Shown: positions 41,048 to 54,055 of the stretch, piece after piece
Layout: each line of letters begins with the position of its first letter
Numbering within the stretch: the first letter of the stretch is position 1
Source: Marsupella aquatica
Taxonomy: Eukaryota; Plantae; Marchantiophyta
Assembly: GCA_973895155.1 (NCBI GenBank)
Contig: OZ316895.1
Span: 16,348,170 to 16,412,169 of the forward strand
Direction: 5' to 3'
DNA length: 64,000 nt
Notes under the pieces: generated by a model
Database searches by the model: none
The model's input: only the letters and a program-made list of their open reading frames with translations
Told to the model about the DNA's origin: nothing
Translations under genes and position numbers: made by a program

Positions 41048-41401
41048 TGTTAGATATTTACTCAAGGTCTAGGGTTTTGACATGTAATTGTAGTTAGGCT
41101 AACCATAGTCGGAGATGTGATTAGGTCAACTAGAATGCACACTATATGCCAAGCGGCGTTTGCTTGGATAAGTGGAACTTAGGCTCATTATTACGGAGCA
41201 AGTTGAGAGATAGAAAGAGCTTATGTTGTGGAAGCTTGGTATGGTCGGTCGGCCTAAAGTGCATTAAGCTCTTGTGTGTTCTCGTGGACGTAGCCTCATG
41301 TGGAGGTGAACCACTATCTTTCTGTATCGATTGCTTGATCGTTGGATGTGTCATGTGTTTACCGTTGCGATTGTTGTCTATGCTCCCGTCTATGCTCAAC
41401 A
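41048..41401 (+). mobile_element. solo LTR of the copia family
   Basis: TGTTAG...CTCAACA, similar to the other two LTRs; no PBS follows. Flanks TTACA/CTACA are a 5-bp TSD with one transition. Confidence 0.85.
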
Positions 41402-41782
41402 CTACAGACTGCACATCTTGGTCCTCTCTTGGGCCTTCCTTCTATCCTTGTGCGCAATTGATGGCCACTACTCCACTCCTATGAATGGTTGATGCTTTGC
41501 AATGCTCGCCTTTCCCATCACTCCGGCTAGATAATGGTGCTCCAGAACATTCTCTTTCACCCAGAAGTTTGTCATCTGGCTCTAGTACTCAAAGTGACTT
41601 AGCCATAAGCACTGCAGAAAGGCAAACAACAAGTTTCATCATGTATTTGTTGCCCACATATCTGACCAGTGGCCTAGAACTAACTCACCCTGAGTGTATC
41701 ATGCAATTAACAACCATGAGTAAGCCATTAACAGAAAACTCTACTGTTGAACATGCAAGTGTCCTTTCACTATCATGCTAGT

Positions 41783-44700
41783 TGTCACCTGCTTATCAAA
41801 CGATTTACACAACAAATACGTATTTCCTCCTACTAAAATTATTTGTTATCGTATGACGGGAACATGGAGGGACACTATTCGGATTCTATTGCATGTAGGA
41901 TGAGTATGTTTATTTTCGCTCCCGAAAATGTAATTTTTGATCAAGTCTACCGACTAGCCTCTCTGTTTTTGATCAAGTCCTATGGACTACACCACACACA
42001 CTGTGATAGGGCCCCAAACCCGGTAGTAACTTAGTGATGATTTATAATTACGTATATAAGTAGAAAGACAAATAGGTGTAGTAAAAGTGTTTGGATTTTC
42101 AAATTTTTTATTTTTGTTAGTTCCAATAAATTGATGCGACAACCGGAGGCCGGAGTTGAGAGGGGTGTAAGGCGGTGATGGATGACAAGGGAACCATTGA
42201 GGGGGTACAAGGAGGTCACAAAGGTAGCCCAAGGACTTGGAGCCAAGGTGTGGGCATCTTGGAGGGGTGGGGGCTGGTCGGAGGCTCCACGTAAGGCGCA
42301 AAACGGGAAGAATGACCAAAATATAGAAAACATTGAAACTTAAAACAAACGTTTCTGCGCTAGTACTATTCCAAACATGGTCATGTTTGGATTCATTTTG
42401 AAGCCCTCAATGAGCCCCATGTGAAACTGAGGTTCTCTAGTTGATTTTAGGTCTATATCAAATAGTGACATCTCAAGGGACCTCAATGCCCGTAAAACAA
42501 CAAACTAGGCAATCTTGGAGTAGTGATGGTGGGAGGGCCCTTTAGAAGGAAGGGGTTCCCACACTTGTGTTCCCCTTCACCCTTTGTGTGGTCCTCACAT
42601 GGTTTTTTGCTCTCTTTCCCTTCCCCACTCCGTAGAGGGGCACTCCGTAGAAGAACACATCCGTAGAAGGGGCCCTCACACTTTCTTCCTTTCTTTTTTC
42701 TCTATTCTCAATTGTGGGGTTTCCACCCATACCTAAACCCTAAACCCTTTCCCTCTTGTACTTGCTTTCAACGTGTGTACAGACCCGGGTTGTACGAACA
42801 TCAGATTTTTGACCATCTCAAAATCAAGAGTCTACGGGCTCGTTGGAAAGAGCTCGTCAAGCTGAATCCAATGATGTGTCACATGGCCAAAACGGAGCTA
42901 AGACGGGGGAGATACAACATATCATGTTTTTTGAGAATACGGGGGTTTTGAGGTCGTACGGACGTCCGTACGGAAGGAGGTCCCGGATTTGCAAGGGAAG
43001 GAGGAGGTAACAGCACATACGGGGAACCGTGATCCATGTTTTGCAAAGCCGGGGCCCCCTGGTGTTGTACGGACGAAACGGAGAGAGACGGTGCCCCGTG
43101 AAAACTTAAACAACCATATCTTGGCCATTTGACCTCCGTTTTGTGCACCATTTACGGATCCGTGATCAGGAAGAGGAGGGCTCCTCAGATATGTTTTCAG
43201 AAGTGAATTCTGAGAATATTTTAGTTTCGACAATTATAGGGGCCCCCTCCTTTTATGGCGGACCGGTGGTGGCGATCAGGAGGATTGAGGCTGGTCGGCA
43301 GGGTAGATAAATAGGATAGGAGGTGGTGGACTCAAGTGAGTCCTTGTTTAGCGGAGTGGTATTCACTCCAGATGAGAGTGATGAGGAGACCAACTCACGG
43401 GGCTCAAGCGAGGGCACCGTGAGTGAGGAGGAGGACTAGGGTAGCCATACGGACTTGGTCGTACGGCCTCTGGATTTTGAAACTTTTTGGAAAGGTGCAC
43501 TCATGGGCTTGTTGGAAAGAGCTCGCGGAGCTCATTCCAACGGAGCCAGGATGAGTAAGTTAGGGCTCGACGAAGTTGGTAAGTAAGTGATATTGAAACG
43601 GCCATAACTTGGTCGTTCGGTGTCCGTTTCGGGAGCGGTTTTGTGATTCATGATCAGGGGGAGTAGGGTTACCCAGGGGTGAGCTCAGAGGTGCAATCAG
43701 AGTGGCACCTAGTTTCGGCAATTATGGGGTTCCTTGCATTTTTTTACGGTTCACGAAGTGATGATGTTGGGGTGTCGTCGAAGGCACCGTCGGTCCCATT
43801 ATTAGATTAGGGTTTTAGGAACATGTGTGTGCCACATGTTTAGGTTAGGGGTTTCTTTTGTGAAGGGTTTTAGCGGCGCCGCTAGGGTGGCCGCCACCAT
43901 GGTGATCCCGTGAGGGGTGCTTTGGTGTGTTTTTTTTTCAGTATTTAGGGGGAGAGCCCCGGAGCAGTGAAGGGGGGGAACTCAGTCTAGTGTTGGTTTT
44001 AGGGAAGTTAGCTCATAGCCAGAAGAGGGAATCAAGCCAGAGTAGTGAGGTAGAGGTGTAGCACTTGCCCTAGTGAGGCAGGAGTTGGGCAGACGGCAGG
44101 AGGTCGGGTTGTCCTTGCAATGTGTTACGGCGTTTTGCCAAAAGATACGGATTTGGTTTGATTCCTCAAGTTTTGGTGTGACGTTACCTTTTTTGGTTCA
44201 CGATTGTGTTCCTTCCCAAGAAATGTCTAAGGAATCCTTTCACGGTTTGGTCAACCATGTGAGTAGGAGGGGTGGTGATAGCACTCCACCAACGACCAGT
44301 AGGAGTGTGTGTGTGGTGTAGTCCATGGGACTTGATCAAAAGCAGAGGGGCTAGTCGGTAGACTTGATCAAAAATTACATTTCCGAGAGTGGAAATAAAC
44401 ATACTCATCCTACATGCAATAGAATCCGAATAGCGTCCCTCCACGTTCCCGTCATACAATAACAAACGATTTTAGTAGGAGTAAATACGTATTTGTCATG
44501 TAAATCGTTTGATAAGCAGGTGACACACACTCCTGCTGGTCGCTAGTGAAGTGCTATCACCACCCCTCCTACTCACATGGTTGACCAATCCGTGCAAGGA
44601 TTCCTTAGACACTTCTTGGGGAAAGAACACAATCGTGACACAGAAAAGATAACGTCACACCAAAACTTCGATAATCAAAGCAAATCCATATCTTTTGGTG

Positions 44701-46340
44701 AAAAATTGTAACACATTGCAAGGACAACCCGACCTCCTACTGTCTGCCCAACTCTTGCCTCACTGGGACAAGTGCTACGCCTCTACCTCACTACTTTGGC
44801 TTGATTACCTCTTCTGGCTATGAGATAACTTCCCTAAACAAACACTAGACTAAGTTCCCCCCAATTCACTATGGGGCTCCCTCCTAAATACCAAAAAAAC
44901 ACACCAAAGCACCCCTCACGGGGTCACAACGATGGCGGCTACCCTAGCGGCGCAGCTAAAACCTCATTCAAGAATTCCCTAACCTAAATCATGCGGCACA
45001 CACATGCTACCTAGAACCCTAATCTAACTACGGGACCGATGGTGCATGCCTTCGACGGTGCCAAACAACAATCTGGAATCCGTAGTCCTGAGGAAGTGAG
45101 AAGGCCCTCCCATGGTCAAAACCTAAAATATTTCAAACCACTCCCCTGAGTGAAGCCCTGGACAGCCTGCTCCTCCTTATCACGGATCCGTAAACGGCAC
45201 TCAAAATGGATCCCGAACGACCGAGATATGATTGTTTAAATTTTTACGGGACACCGTCCCCCTCCATTTCGTTCGTACAACACCAGGGGGCCCCGGCTTC
45301 TCCCACAACAGGGGTCCCCGGCTTTGCTGCTGTCGTCTCCATTTCTGGGAAAAAACTAGGGTCCCTGGCTGACGGATGTACAGACATCCGTACGGATTCG
45401 ACGTCGAGAGATTTTCATCAAAATGTAATCTAACATATCTTTACCATCTTAGCTCCGTTTTGGCCGTGTGACACATTGTTGGATTCAGCTTGGCTAGTTC
45501 CTTCCAAAAAGCCCGTAAACTCCTGATTTTCAGATGGTTGAAAATTTGATGTTCGTACAACCAGGGTCCGTACACACGTTGAAAGCAAGCACAAGAGGGA
45601 AAGGGTTTAGGGTTTAGGGTTTAGATATGGGTGGGAACCCCACAAGTGAGAATAGAAAAAAGGGAAAGAAGAAAGTGTGAGGGCCCCTTCTATGGATGTG
45701 TCCTTCTACAGAGTGCCCCTTCTACGGAGTGGTTCTTCTACGGAGTGCCCTTCTACGGATGTGTCCTTCTACAGAGTGCCTCTACGGAGTGGGGAAGGGA
45801 AAGAGAGCAAAAACCATGTGAGGACCACACAAAGGATGAAGGGGAACACAAGGGTGGGAACCCCTTCTAAGGGCCCTCCCACCATCACCACTCCAAGATT
45901 GCTTAGTTTTATCATTTTACAGGCATTGAGGTTTCTAAAGATGTCACTATTTGATACAGACCTAAAATCAACTAGGGAACCCTAGTTTTGCATGGGGCTC
46001 ATTGAGGGCTTCAAAATGAATCCAAACATGACCATGTTTGGAATAGTACTAGTGTAGCAACGTCTGTTTTAAGTTTCAACATTTTCTATATTTTGGTCAT
46101 TAATCTCGTTTTGCGCCTTATGTGGAGCCTCCGGCCAGCCCCCACAATGGTTCCCTTGTCATCCATCACCGCCCGATACCCCTCTCAACTCCGGCCTCCG
46201 GTTGTCGCATCCATTTATTAGAACTAACAAAAATTGAAAAATTGAAAGTCCTACACTTTTACTACACCTACTTGTCTTTTTCTTATATACGCAATTATAA
46301 GTCATCACTAAGTTACTACTGAGTTTGGGGCCCTGTCATA
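41783..46340 (-). mobile_element. long solo-LTR-like element A, interrupted by same-family element B
   Basis: TGTCACC...GTCATA ends with a perfect 5-bp TSD CTAGT (41778-41782, 46341-46345). Its halves (41783-42001, 44526-46340) are the reverse complement of B. Orientation is assigned only relative to B. Confidence 0.85.
42002..44525 (+). mobile_element. long (~2.5 kb) solo-LTR-like element B nested inside A in opposite orientation
   Basis: TGTGATA...GGTGACA ends; 5-bp TSD CACAC (41997-42001, 44526-44530); no coding ORF. Confidence 0.85.
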
Positions 46341-48894
46341 CTAGTCATGAAATGCATGCCCTTCAGTGCAGGTGGATCCTCTTCTCAGTGTGACAAAAAA
46401 TCAGACTGTAAATGAATAGACCATTGGTTTTGCTCATGCTCTGTTGGTGTTTGCCCCTTTCATTGCTGCTTGCCTTGTGTGTGGGGCCAGCCCACCTGGC
46501 AGAGCCTTTCTTAGAATCTCGCTTAGAATTGAAAATCTGCAGATGGACCTTCAATCCCAACACCACATTGTGCGCAGTGACAAGAGCAAAGCACAGGGAG
46601 AGCTATCCGGCAGTGAAAGTCACCCTGCCCAAGCAGCAATAAGAGCAAATCAAAGGGCAAGCAATAGAGCAACGAACAAGCCACAACCTTTGCAGAGTGT
46701 GCAACTTGTTAATTCTCTCTCACTTTATGTCTTCTTATAGTTTTCTTTATATGTATTTTTCTTTTCGTGTATGTCTTTACCAAGGGTCTAGTCCTTGTAA
46801 TTTATTGTTTCTGAACTACTTCCCACACCCCCTTGTCTTTTATTAATTCTTGATTGAGATAGTATTTAAGTATCAATTAATTGTTTACAGGGTAGATTAA
46901 GATGCATTGTACTGTTACACTGTACTGGTTCCACAGGGGTATCAGGTGAGTGGTGCACTGCTGAGCTTGGGTTTAAGCCATTGGCATTTCTTCGATCATG
47001 CATCTGACTGACATCCTTGTTCTACCAGAGCTCTATAATATTTGGTTACATTTAACAGCTGCTTCAATTTCAATTTTTTAGTTGCTTGTTATTTGGAATC
47101 TGCACAACTGGAATCTGTGTAATCTTTGAGCTTTACGACTTAATTACCGCAAGAAAGCACTCAATGCCCCAAGAATCCTGCAAACTAACCCTCAATGAAC
47201 ATTTCAATCTGCAAACAAAACTGTCACCCATGCACTTTGATGTTTCTCCTCCTTAGTCTTATGATTAATCAGCAATCCCGAAAAGAAAGTGAAGCAATGA
47301 TTGCCCTTCTGTTGTGGTAGCCCCAGGATGGCAAGTGATGAACTTCTCAATGTTGACATCACTTCCTCTTGGTCCCGTTCACAGCTGCCACTCCCCAGGA
47401 ACCCTGGTCTGAGTGACGGACCTGCCAAGTACCAATTGAGGGTCTCAACCCTCCAAACTTTGAACTCTCATTTTGTAAAGTCGCTCACTTGAAAAGAACA
47501 GCTTGTATAGAATCTTAGTGTCCAAAAAGGAAAATTGGCAGAAAATTGCAAAACTTGTTGACAAAGAACTTGCTAAAACTTGTGCACTACGAAAGACATT
47601 TGTCTATGACAAATTAAGCTACTTCAGTTTTGAGTGCTCCACTGAAGTGCCCTAGGGGGAATTTTGGGGGAATTTTGGGAGAATTTTGACCACAAGGCCT
47701 ATAACCTTTATGAACTACCATTTGATTGTATTCCCCCTATTGCATATGGTGTTTCCAATATTTTGCTTAGCATGTCTTTCTTTGTTATGTAGTGTTTGTG
47801 TGTTGAGACTGAGAATTTTTGAAAAATATGCCTGGATTGACCACCATATTAGGATTGTTAATGACTGAAAATCTTTGATACAGGTGCCCGATGTACCACC
47901 ACTTTATGATTGTGAACTACTAAGAATATTTGGAAAATATGCCTGGATGGACCACCACATTAACTTGACAAAGAACCTGGGTGGACCATCACTGCCCATA
48001 TGAATCTGAATCCTCAAAAAAAAAATATTACTAAGAGCGTACATTTCATTTGCATGAGTGTTCACAGCTGTGGGTTTCAAAAATTGGTGGACCATCATTG
48101 CCCTGATAAATCATCCTCAAAACATTATATATTACACAGAAAATACATGTCCTTTGTATGTGGTTCACAGGTTTGGGGGTCAAAATTGATTGGTCCATCG
48201 TGGTGCTTAGGTCAAACATGATGGTATCAACTCGAAGAATCAGTTGACCAAGCAAAGAAGATAACCATTATACAAAAGGGATCAACCAAATATTAAAAAA
48301 AGAGGGGGAAATAGAGTACAAAGAGGACCATAGAAAAATCTAAGGAAAACATATGATATACAAACCACCAACAAATTTTTTTAAGTATAAATTCTCGTTA
48401 TATGAAAATGACTGTTGATGATGTAGTGAGTAAGGGTGGCTTTACATGAAGTGAAGGGTCATTGTTTCTTTTTATCGCTTTGAGAAGTTCAGGACCATGT
48501 AACGAGTGGAAACAAATGCAGGTGGCTTTACAAAGAACTCATGTCCATTCAAGTATGGTGTTAGGGATGCTACAAGGCAAGAAGTGGGCCCAAGTATATG
48601 TTGATGCTACAAGGTAGAAGTGGAGTCCCTAGTTTGTCTAGAATTTGTCTAATAAATCCAAACATTTTAAATCTTTGGCACCTTCATTCAAAGGGATTTG
48701 TATTTATTGCACTTCATTTCAAAAGATATTTGGTCTAGCAATTTACCTTAGGTGGTCCAATTAAACATTTTCAAACCTTGTTTTCTTTGTTTGTATTTAT
48801 TCAACTTCATTTATTTGGGTTCAGATGTCGCCTTTAGAACTCTAAGCAAGCAGCCTTCCAGTTTGCTTTGGTGAAAAAAATACACAAGTGCACA

Positions 48895-49239
48895 TGTTAG
48901 ATATTGCTCTAGTCTTGTGACTCATGAGCTAACCACAATTAGACTAACTCGGGTTAGGACTTAGCTAATGTTAGCGGTAGTGTTGTTGTGAATATAGCCA
49001 GGGCTGATACCAGACCTTGGTGGAACTTAAGGTTCATTGTTACGGAGCTAGTTGAGAGATAGGGAGAGCTTGTGCTGTGGATGCTTGGTATGGCCGGTCG
49101 GCCTAGAGTGCAGTAATGCTCTTGTGTGTTCCCGTGGACGTAGCCTCATGTGGAGGTGAACCACGTATCTCTCTGTGTTGACTCTTGTGCGTTGGATGGT
49201 TCATGGGCTTGCAGTTGTGAATGTCGTCCTTGCTCAACA
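48895..49239 (+). repeat. 5' LTR of copia element
   Basis: TGTTAG...CTCAACA followed by AG and the PBS. Confidence 0.88.
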
Positions 49240-49241
49240 AG

Positions 49242-49253
49242 TGGTATCAGAGC
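49242..49253 (+). promoter_or_regulatory. primer-binding site (initiator tRNA-Met)
   Basis: TGGTATCAGAGC. Confidence 0.93.
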
Positions 49254-50845
49254 ATGCCTGGGAGGTGACGAGGTTTTTTTGTGACGGGTTTTCCAGCATT
49301 CAGTGTCGGTGTTACATTCGGAGTTTTGTCGCATGAAACTCAAATGTGTGTGGCTGAGCGGATAGGTTAGTGAGAGGGCATTCTAATGGTGGTTAGAACT
49401 CGCTGATCGGTATCCGTGGTGCGGAGGAATCGGAGTTTGTGTCGTTCAGGTCTTATTCATGTTCGACGGGTTTTTGGGGGAGAGACCAGAGTTCACATTT
49501 TTCAATGGTGTGAGCTGTGCGGTGCGGGAGGTGTCGCATGTTGTAGCTCAAGTTGGAGGTTCTGGCGATCTGGTCATTTTGGTGGCTGATATGCTGCCAA
49601 GTTGTTACCGAGTGCGTCGTGACGAGAGAAAGAGACGTTCAGGTTTTTTGACAGGCTATGGAGCTTGTTCCCATCTGAACCGGGTCTCTCTTCGTGACGT
49701 CCGACTCGGTGGAAGAAACGCGAAGTGCTACGGCTCAACGGTTTGATCGCGGCGAAGTGATCGTTTTGAGTATGGAGATTGGCACTTGACGCGGAGAGAG
49801 TGTGACGTGACAAAAGTTTTTTCTTTGTTGGAGCTGCAGACTGTGTCGGTGCAATTTGGCAACATTTCCCGTCAGCGGTCGTCACTTTTCTCGTGTGAAA
49901 CGACATCGGTTTTTGTGAGTAACGCGGTATTTTTTTGTTTTAAAGACAAATTTTGATTTAAGAGGGGGTTAAGGGGCCCTTTTCTTGTGTGTATACACAA
50001 GGGTGTATACACAGACCCTTGCCCCAGCCCCGCATACCTGTTGCTCCCCCTCCCTCTCGAGTATCGGATCGCAGCCGTGACCGGAGGCGCGACGCGCAGT
50101 GCCGGCGGGCGCCTTTTGCATCGTCGCACAACCACCCCAACCCCCGTCGCTCCCCGTTACTTGCTGCCCCACGCCACCCCACCCCTTGCTTTTGCCGGCC
50201 ACACCTCACGCCGACGACCTCCCCGGCCCGGCCGTACGCGTATGCGGTAGCCCTCGCCCCGGCCATATGCCCTCCTTGTACCCTGCCTGGCCCGCCTCGC
50301 ATATGCGCAATGTGGATGCGCGTTTTGGGCGTATTTTTGTTTAAAGGGGCTTAGACCCCCCTTTTAAGGGCCAACATTTGTTTTTTTCCTGGCTCTCCTT
50401 TCATTGGTCATCCCAAGCCTGGTGACCCTCCGTTTTAACCGCTCCGACAGGGGGAATGGCCCCCTGTGAGACCTGCTGTACTGTGCGAGAATATTCCCAA
50501 AAAATAGAGGTTAGTCAAAGATTTTGAGGTCCGAACGGTAATTGTTTCCGGTTGTTTTCGGGAAGGTAGTAGCTATTCGAGTTAGCTACGCGGTGCAGCA
50601 CTCCATTCGTAATTCCAACATTGATTGCCCATTCACATTTTGGAGATTCTTGGAGGTGGTCAAACCAGGGGAGTTTTCCATGGTTTTACCCACCCCGACC
50701 GAAATCTGAATAACTTTTTTGTCAAAGTTTGTTTTTGATTTTTGTTTTCAGTTTTGGACTCCTAGCTACGTGAGCTATGCGGCGGTGTTGAGTTCTGAGT
50801 TTTATGAGAAGTTTTGAAAAAGATATTTTTTCATGATTTTCTCAT

Positions 50846-53450
50846 ATGAGTGACTCGAAGGATACTGGAAGAATCGACCTCGGTGGAGCTTCAGGTTTGC
50901 GACGGTTAGACGGAGAGTCTGAGGTGGAGCTGGTACCGTTTGAGGAGGAACAAGTAATACCGGTACGATCACCGGTGTGGCATGCAGTGGAGGAAGTTGT
51001 TCTACTACCAGAGCTGTCGGTAGTTGGGAAGAAGAGGAGATCGATGGCAAGATTTGGAGGAGTAAAGTTTGAGGTGGAGAAGTACGATGGTCGTACTGAA
51101 TACTTGCTCTGGGAGAAGCAAGTGAAGGGTGTTCTTCGGACCATGGACTTAGCTCATCTGCTCTCTTTGCGATAGCAGTATGATGGAGAGGAGGAGATTT
51201 TTGTGAAGCAGTGGAGATAGGAGCACGTGATTACTGTCAATGCGGTGATGCTATACCTTAAGCCGCATATCATCAAGAAGCTGGATGATTATGACGATTG
51301 CACATCACTCTTCAAGGCCCTAAGAGAGAAGTACTATCGAGAAGATGTGTCAGACCGACTGTACAAGAAGTCTCTCTTGATGAGCCTTAGGCTCAAGGAA
51401 GGGAGCAAGCTACAAGATCACCTGGATGAGTTTGAGAGTCTAGCGATGGATCTGTCAAACCTGTGTAAGGGAGTTGAAGATGAGTATAAGGCCTTGCTTT
51501 TGCTAAGCTCCTTACCGCCATCTTATCAAGGCTTAAAATAGGTGCTCTTGTACAGAGATCTTAAGTCCATTTTGTATAATGAGGTGGTGAGTTCTTTACT
51601 GTGTGATGATGCTCAAAAGAAGTTGGGTCAAGCACAGAAAGCATCTTCTTCTGGCACTGCGCTGAACGTGAACCGTGGAAGACCAGCGCAGCGCACGAAT
51701 GGGCAGAACAAATTTAGATCTACATCATGGGGGAGATTTAAATCCAGAGGGAAATCGCAAGAGAGGAAGCCTCTTACATGTTGGAGATGTGGCAAGCCTG
51801 GCCACATGAAAAGGGATTGTCGGGTAAAGGACCCTACCGCATCAGCTAACGCGGCATCAAGTGCACATGAGATAGATTTACTCAATGATGATGACATTTT
51901 ATGATGCCAAGGTTTTGCTCTCAATGTAGTGTCAAATCCAGGTAGTGATGACTGGATACTAGATAGTGCATGTACTTTTCACATTTTCTCAAGGAGAGAT
52001 TTTTTCAGTTCTTACACAGTTTCCAACGGTTCAGTGTTGATGGGAAATGGAATCCCATGTCAAGTAGTTGGACTTGGATCTGTTAGATTTCAGATGTTTG
52101 ATGGAGTTGTGAGAACGTTGAGGAATGTGAGACATATTCCTAGCATGATGAAAAATCTCATTTCATTTGGAGTTTTAGAAGCAAATGGCCATCGGTTGAG
52201 TTCTGGTAATGGTGTCTTTCAGGTTTCAATTGGTACTAAAGTTGTATTGAAGGGAAAGAGACATAAAAATCTATACGTTTTGGAGGGCAATGTAGTCTGT
52301 GATGAAGCCAATGTAACCTTATCTCATGAGGAGACCGCCCGGCTGTGGCACTTCCGACTGGGTCACATGAGTGAAAAAGGTTTGGCTGTTCTTCAAAAAA
52401 AGGGATTACTTTCTAATTTGCAATCTTGTAAGTTAAAATTTTGTGAGCATTGTGTGCTTGGAAAGCAACACAGGAAACCCTTCAGAGTTGGAACTCGCAC
52501 CAGCAAGGAGGTACTTGAGTATGTACATAGTGATGTGTGGGGACCAGCCCCTACTCCCTCACACTTTGAACTGTTATACTATGTCACGTTCATTGACAAT
52601 TACTCAAGGTATGTGTGGATATACTTTCTACACAATAAGTCTGATGTTTTTGCCACTTTTAAGGAGTGGAAAGCCCAAGTACAAAATCAGACTGGTAATA
52701 AGGTGAGATATCTTTGATCGGATAACGGCGGTGAATACAGTTCTGGTGAATTTGGAACGTATTGTAAGGAGCAGGGGATTACCTACCATCTCACAACAAG
52801 TTATACTCCACAGCAAAATGGTGTTTCTGAGAGGCTCAACCGAACACTATTGGACCGCTCGAGGAGTATGTTGAGTCAATCATGCTTACCACATGAGTTT
52901 TGGGCTGAAGCTGTCAACACTGCAGCTTATTTGGTAAATTTCTCTCCATCAAGTTCTATTGGATTCAAGATGCCATTTGAAATGAGGTACGGGCGTCCAA
53001 CAGATTATTCACATCTGAGGATTTTTGGATGTGATGCTTATGTACTTACACCTTCCCAGCTTCGATCCAAGCTGGAGTCCAAGTCGAAGAAGTGCATTTT
53101 CCTTGGCTATCAGAAAGGTGTAAGGGGTTATAGGTTATGGGATCCAGTACCCTATAAGCTAGTTGTCAGTAGAGGTGTGTCCTTTAATGAATCCAAATCA
53201 TCAAAGGAGGGGAAGAGTTCTTAGGACTCCCATACTGACAAGGGGAAATCCATCCATCCCAGACCGGGTTGAGGGGGAGATTAGTCATGACGTTGTTCAT
53301 GATAGGAGAGATGGAGAAGCTCCGGGCTTGGAGTTGGTTCCTGTGATGGAACAAGAGGAGCAGATTGTTGCTGGGGTACCTAAAGTTCAGCCAGCAGTAG
53401 GAGTAGATCAGCTTGAGTCATCTACAGTTAGAAGAACTTCCAGTTGTCTC
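50846..53450 (+). pseudogene. copia gag-pol (gag, CCHC knuckle, protease, GAG-pre-integrase, integrase) with premature stops
   Basis: CWRCGKPGHMKRDC; WILDSACTFH; LWHFRLGHMS...CEHC; VHSDVWGP, FIDNYSRY, *SDNGGEY, PQQNGVSER; CIFLGY. Several in-frame TAG/TGA. Confidence 0.95.
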
Positions 53451-54055
53451 GGGGGCCTTAGTATACAGAGGCCCCCATACCACGCTCGACGTTTTGGTCC
53501 CTTGTGACCCTAACTTATTAAGTAAAATATTTTTTTCTCCCTCCCTACCATGCTTAGAAGAATTCCAAATCCTTAAATTTTGACCCCTAAAAAAGGTTGA
53601 GTAAATTTTTGTCTTCATTTAAACATACCTTACTAAGAAAAGAAAAGTTCTTTCAAATGCACACCTTTTTTGAGTGTTTGTCAAGATTATTCGAGTCTTA
53701 TTGAAGCCCTCCTATGCTCCTTTGCATTGGCATCCATGATGTCTCATCATAAAAAACTTATAGTATATAGTGTTGATGCTTCCACTAAGAATCTCAATTC
53801 TAGTAGAAGCTTCAGCAATATACAATATGAGTTGTTCATATTTGCAATCTCCTATGTTTACAGTCTCATGTGAAAGGTAGGTGCACCAAAAGGAAATTGA
53901 GTTAACAATCTGAATGAGTGTATGTGGCAGAGGGGAATTGAACCCTTGATTGAGCAAGAAGCTCAAGTATCCAAATCTGCCACCCCCTAACCTATTCCCC
54001 TAACCTATCCCCTGTACCTACTTAAACCACTACCATGACTATGGATACATGCACA

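Noticed and set aside
46389-46945. Possible further LTR ending ...TTCCACA followed by GGGGTATCAG
   Set aside because: The PBS is imperfect, and no partner LTR, TSD or internal ORF was found.
49872-50354. Cluster of six-frame ORFs
   Set aside because: Result of high GC content (few stops); no motif.
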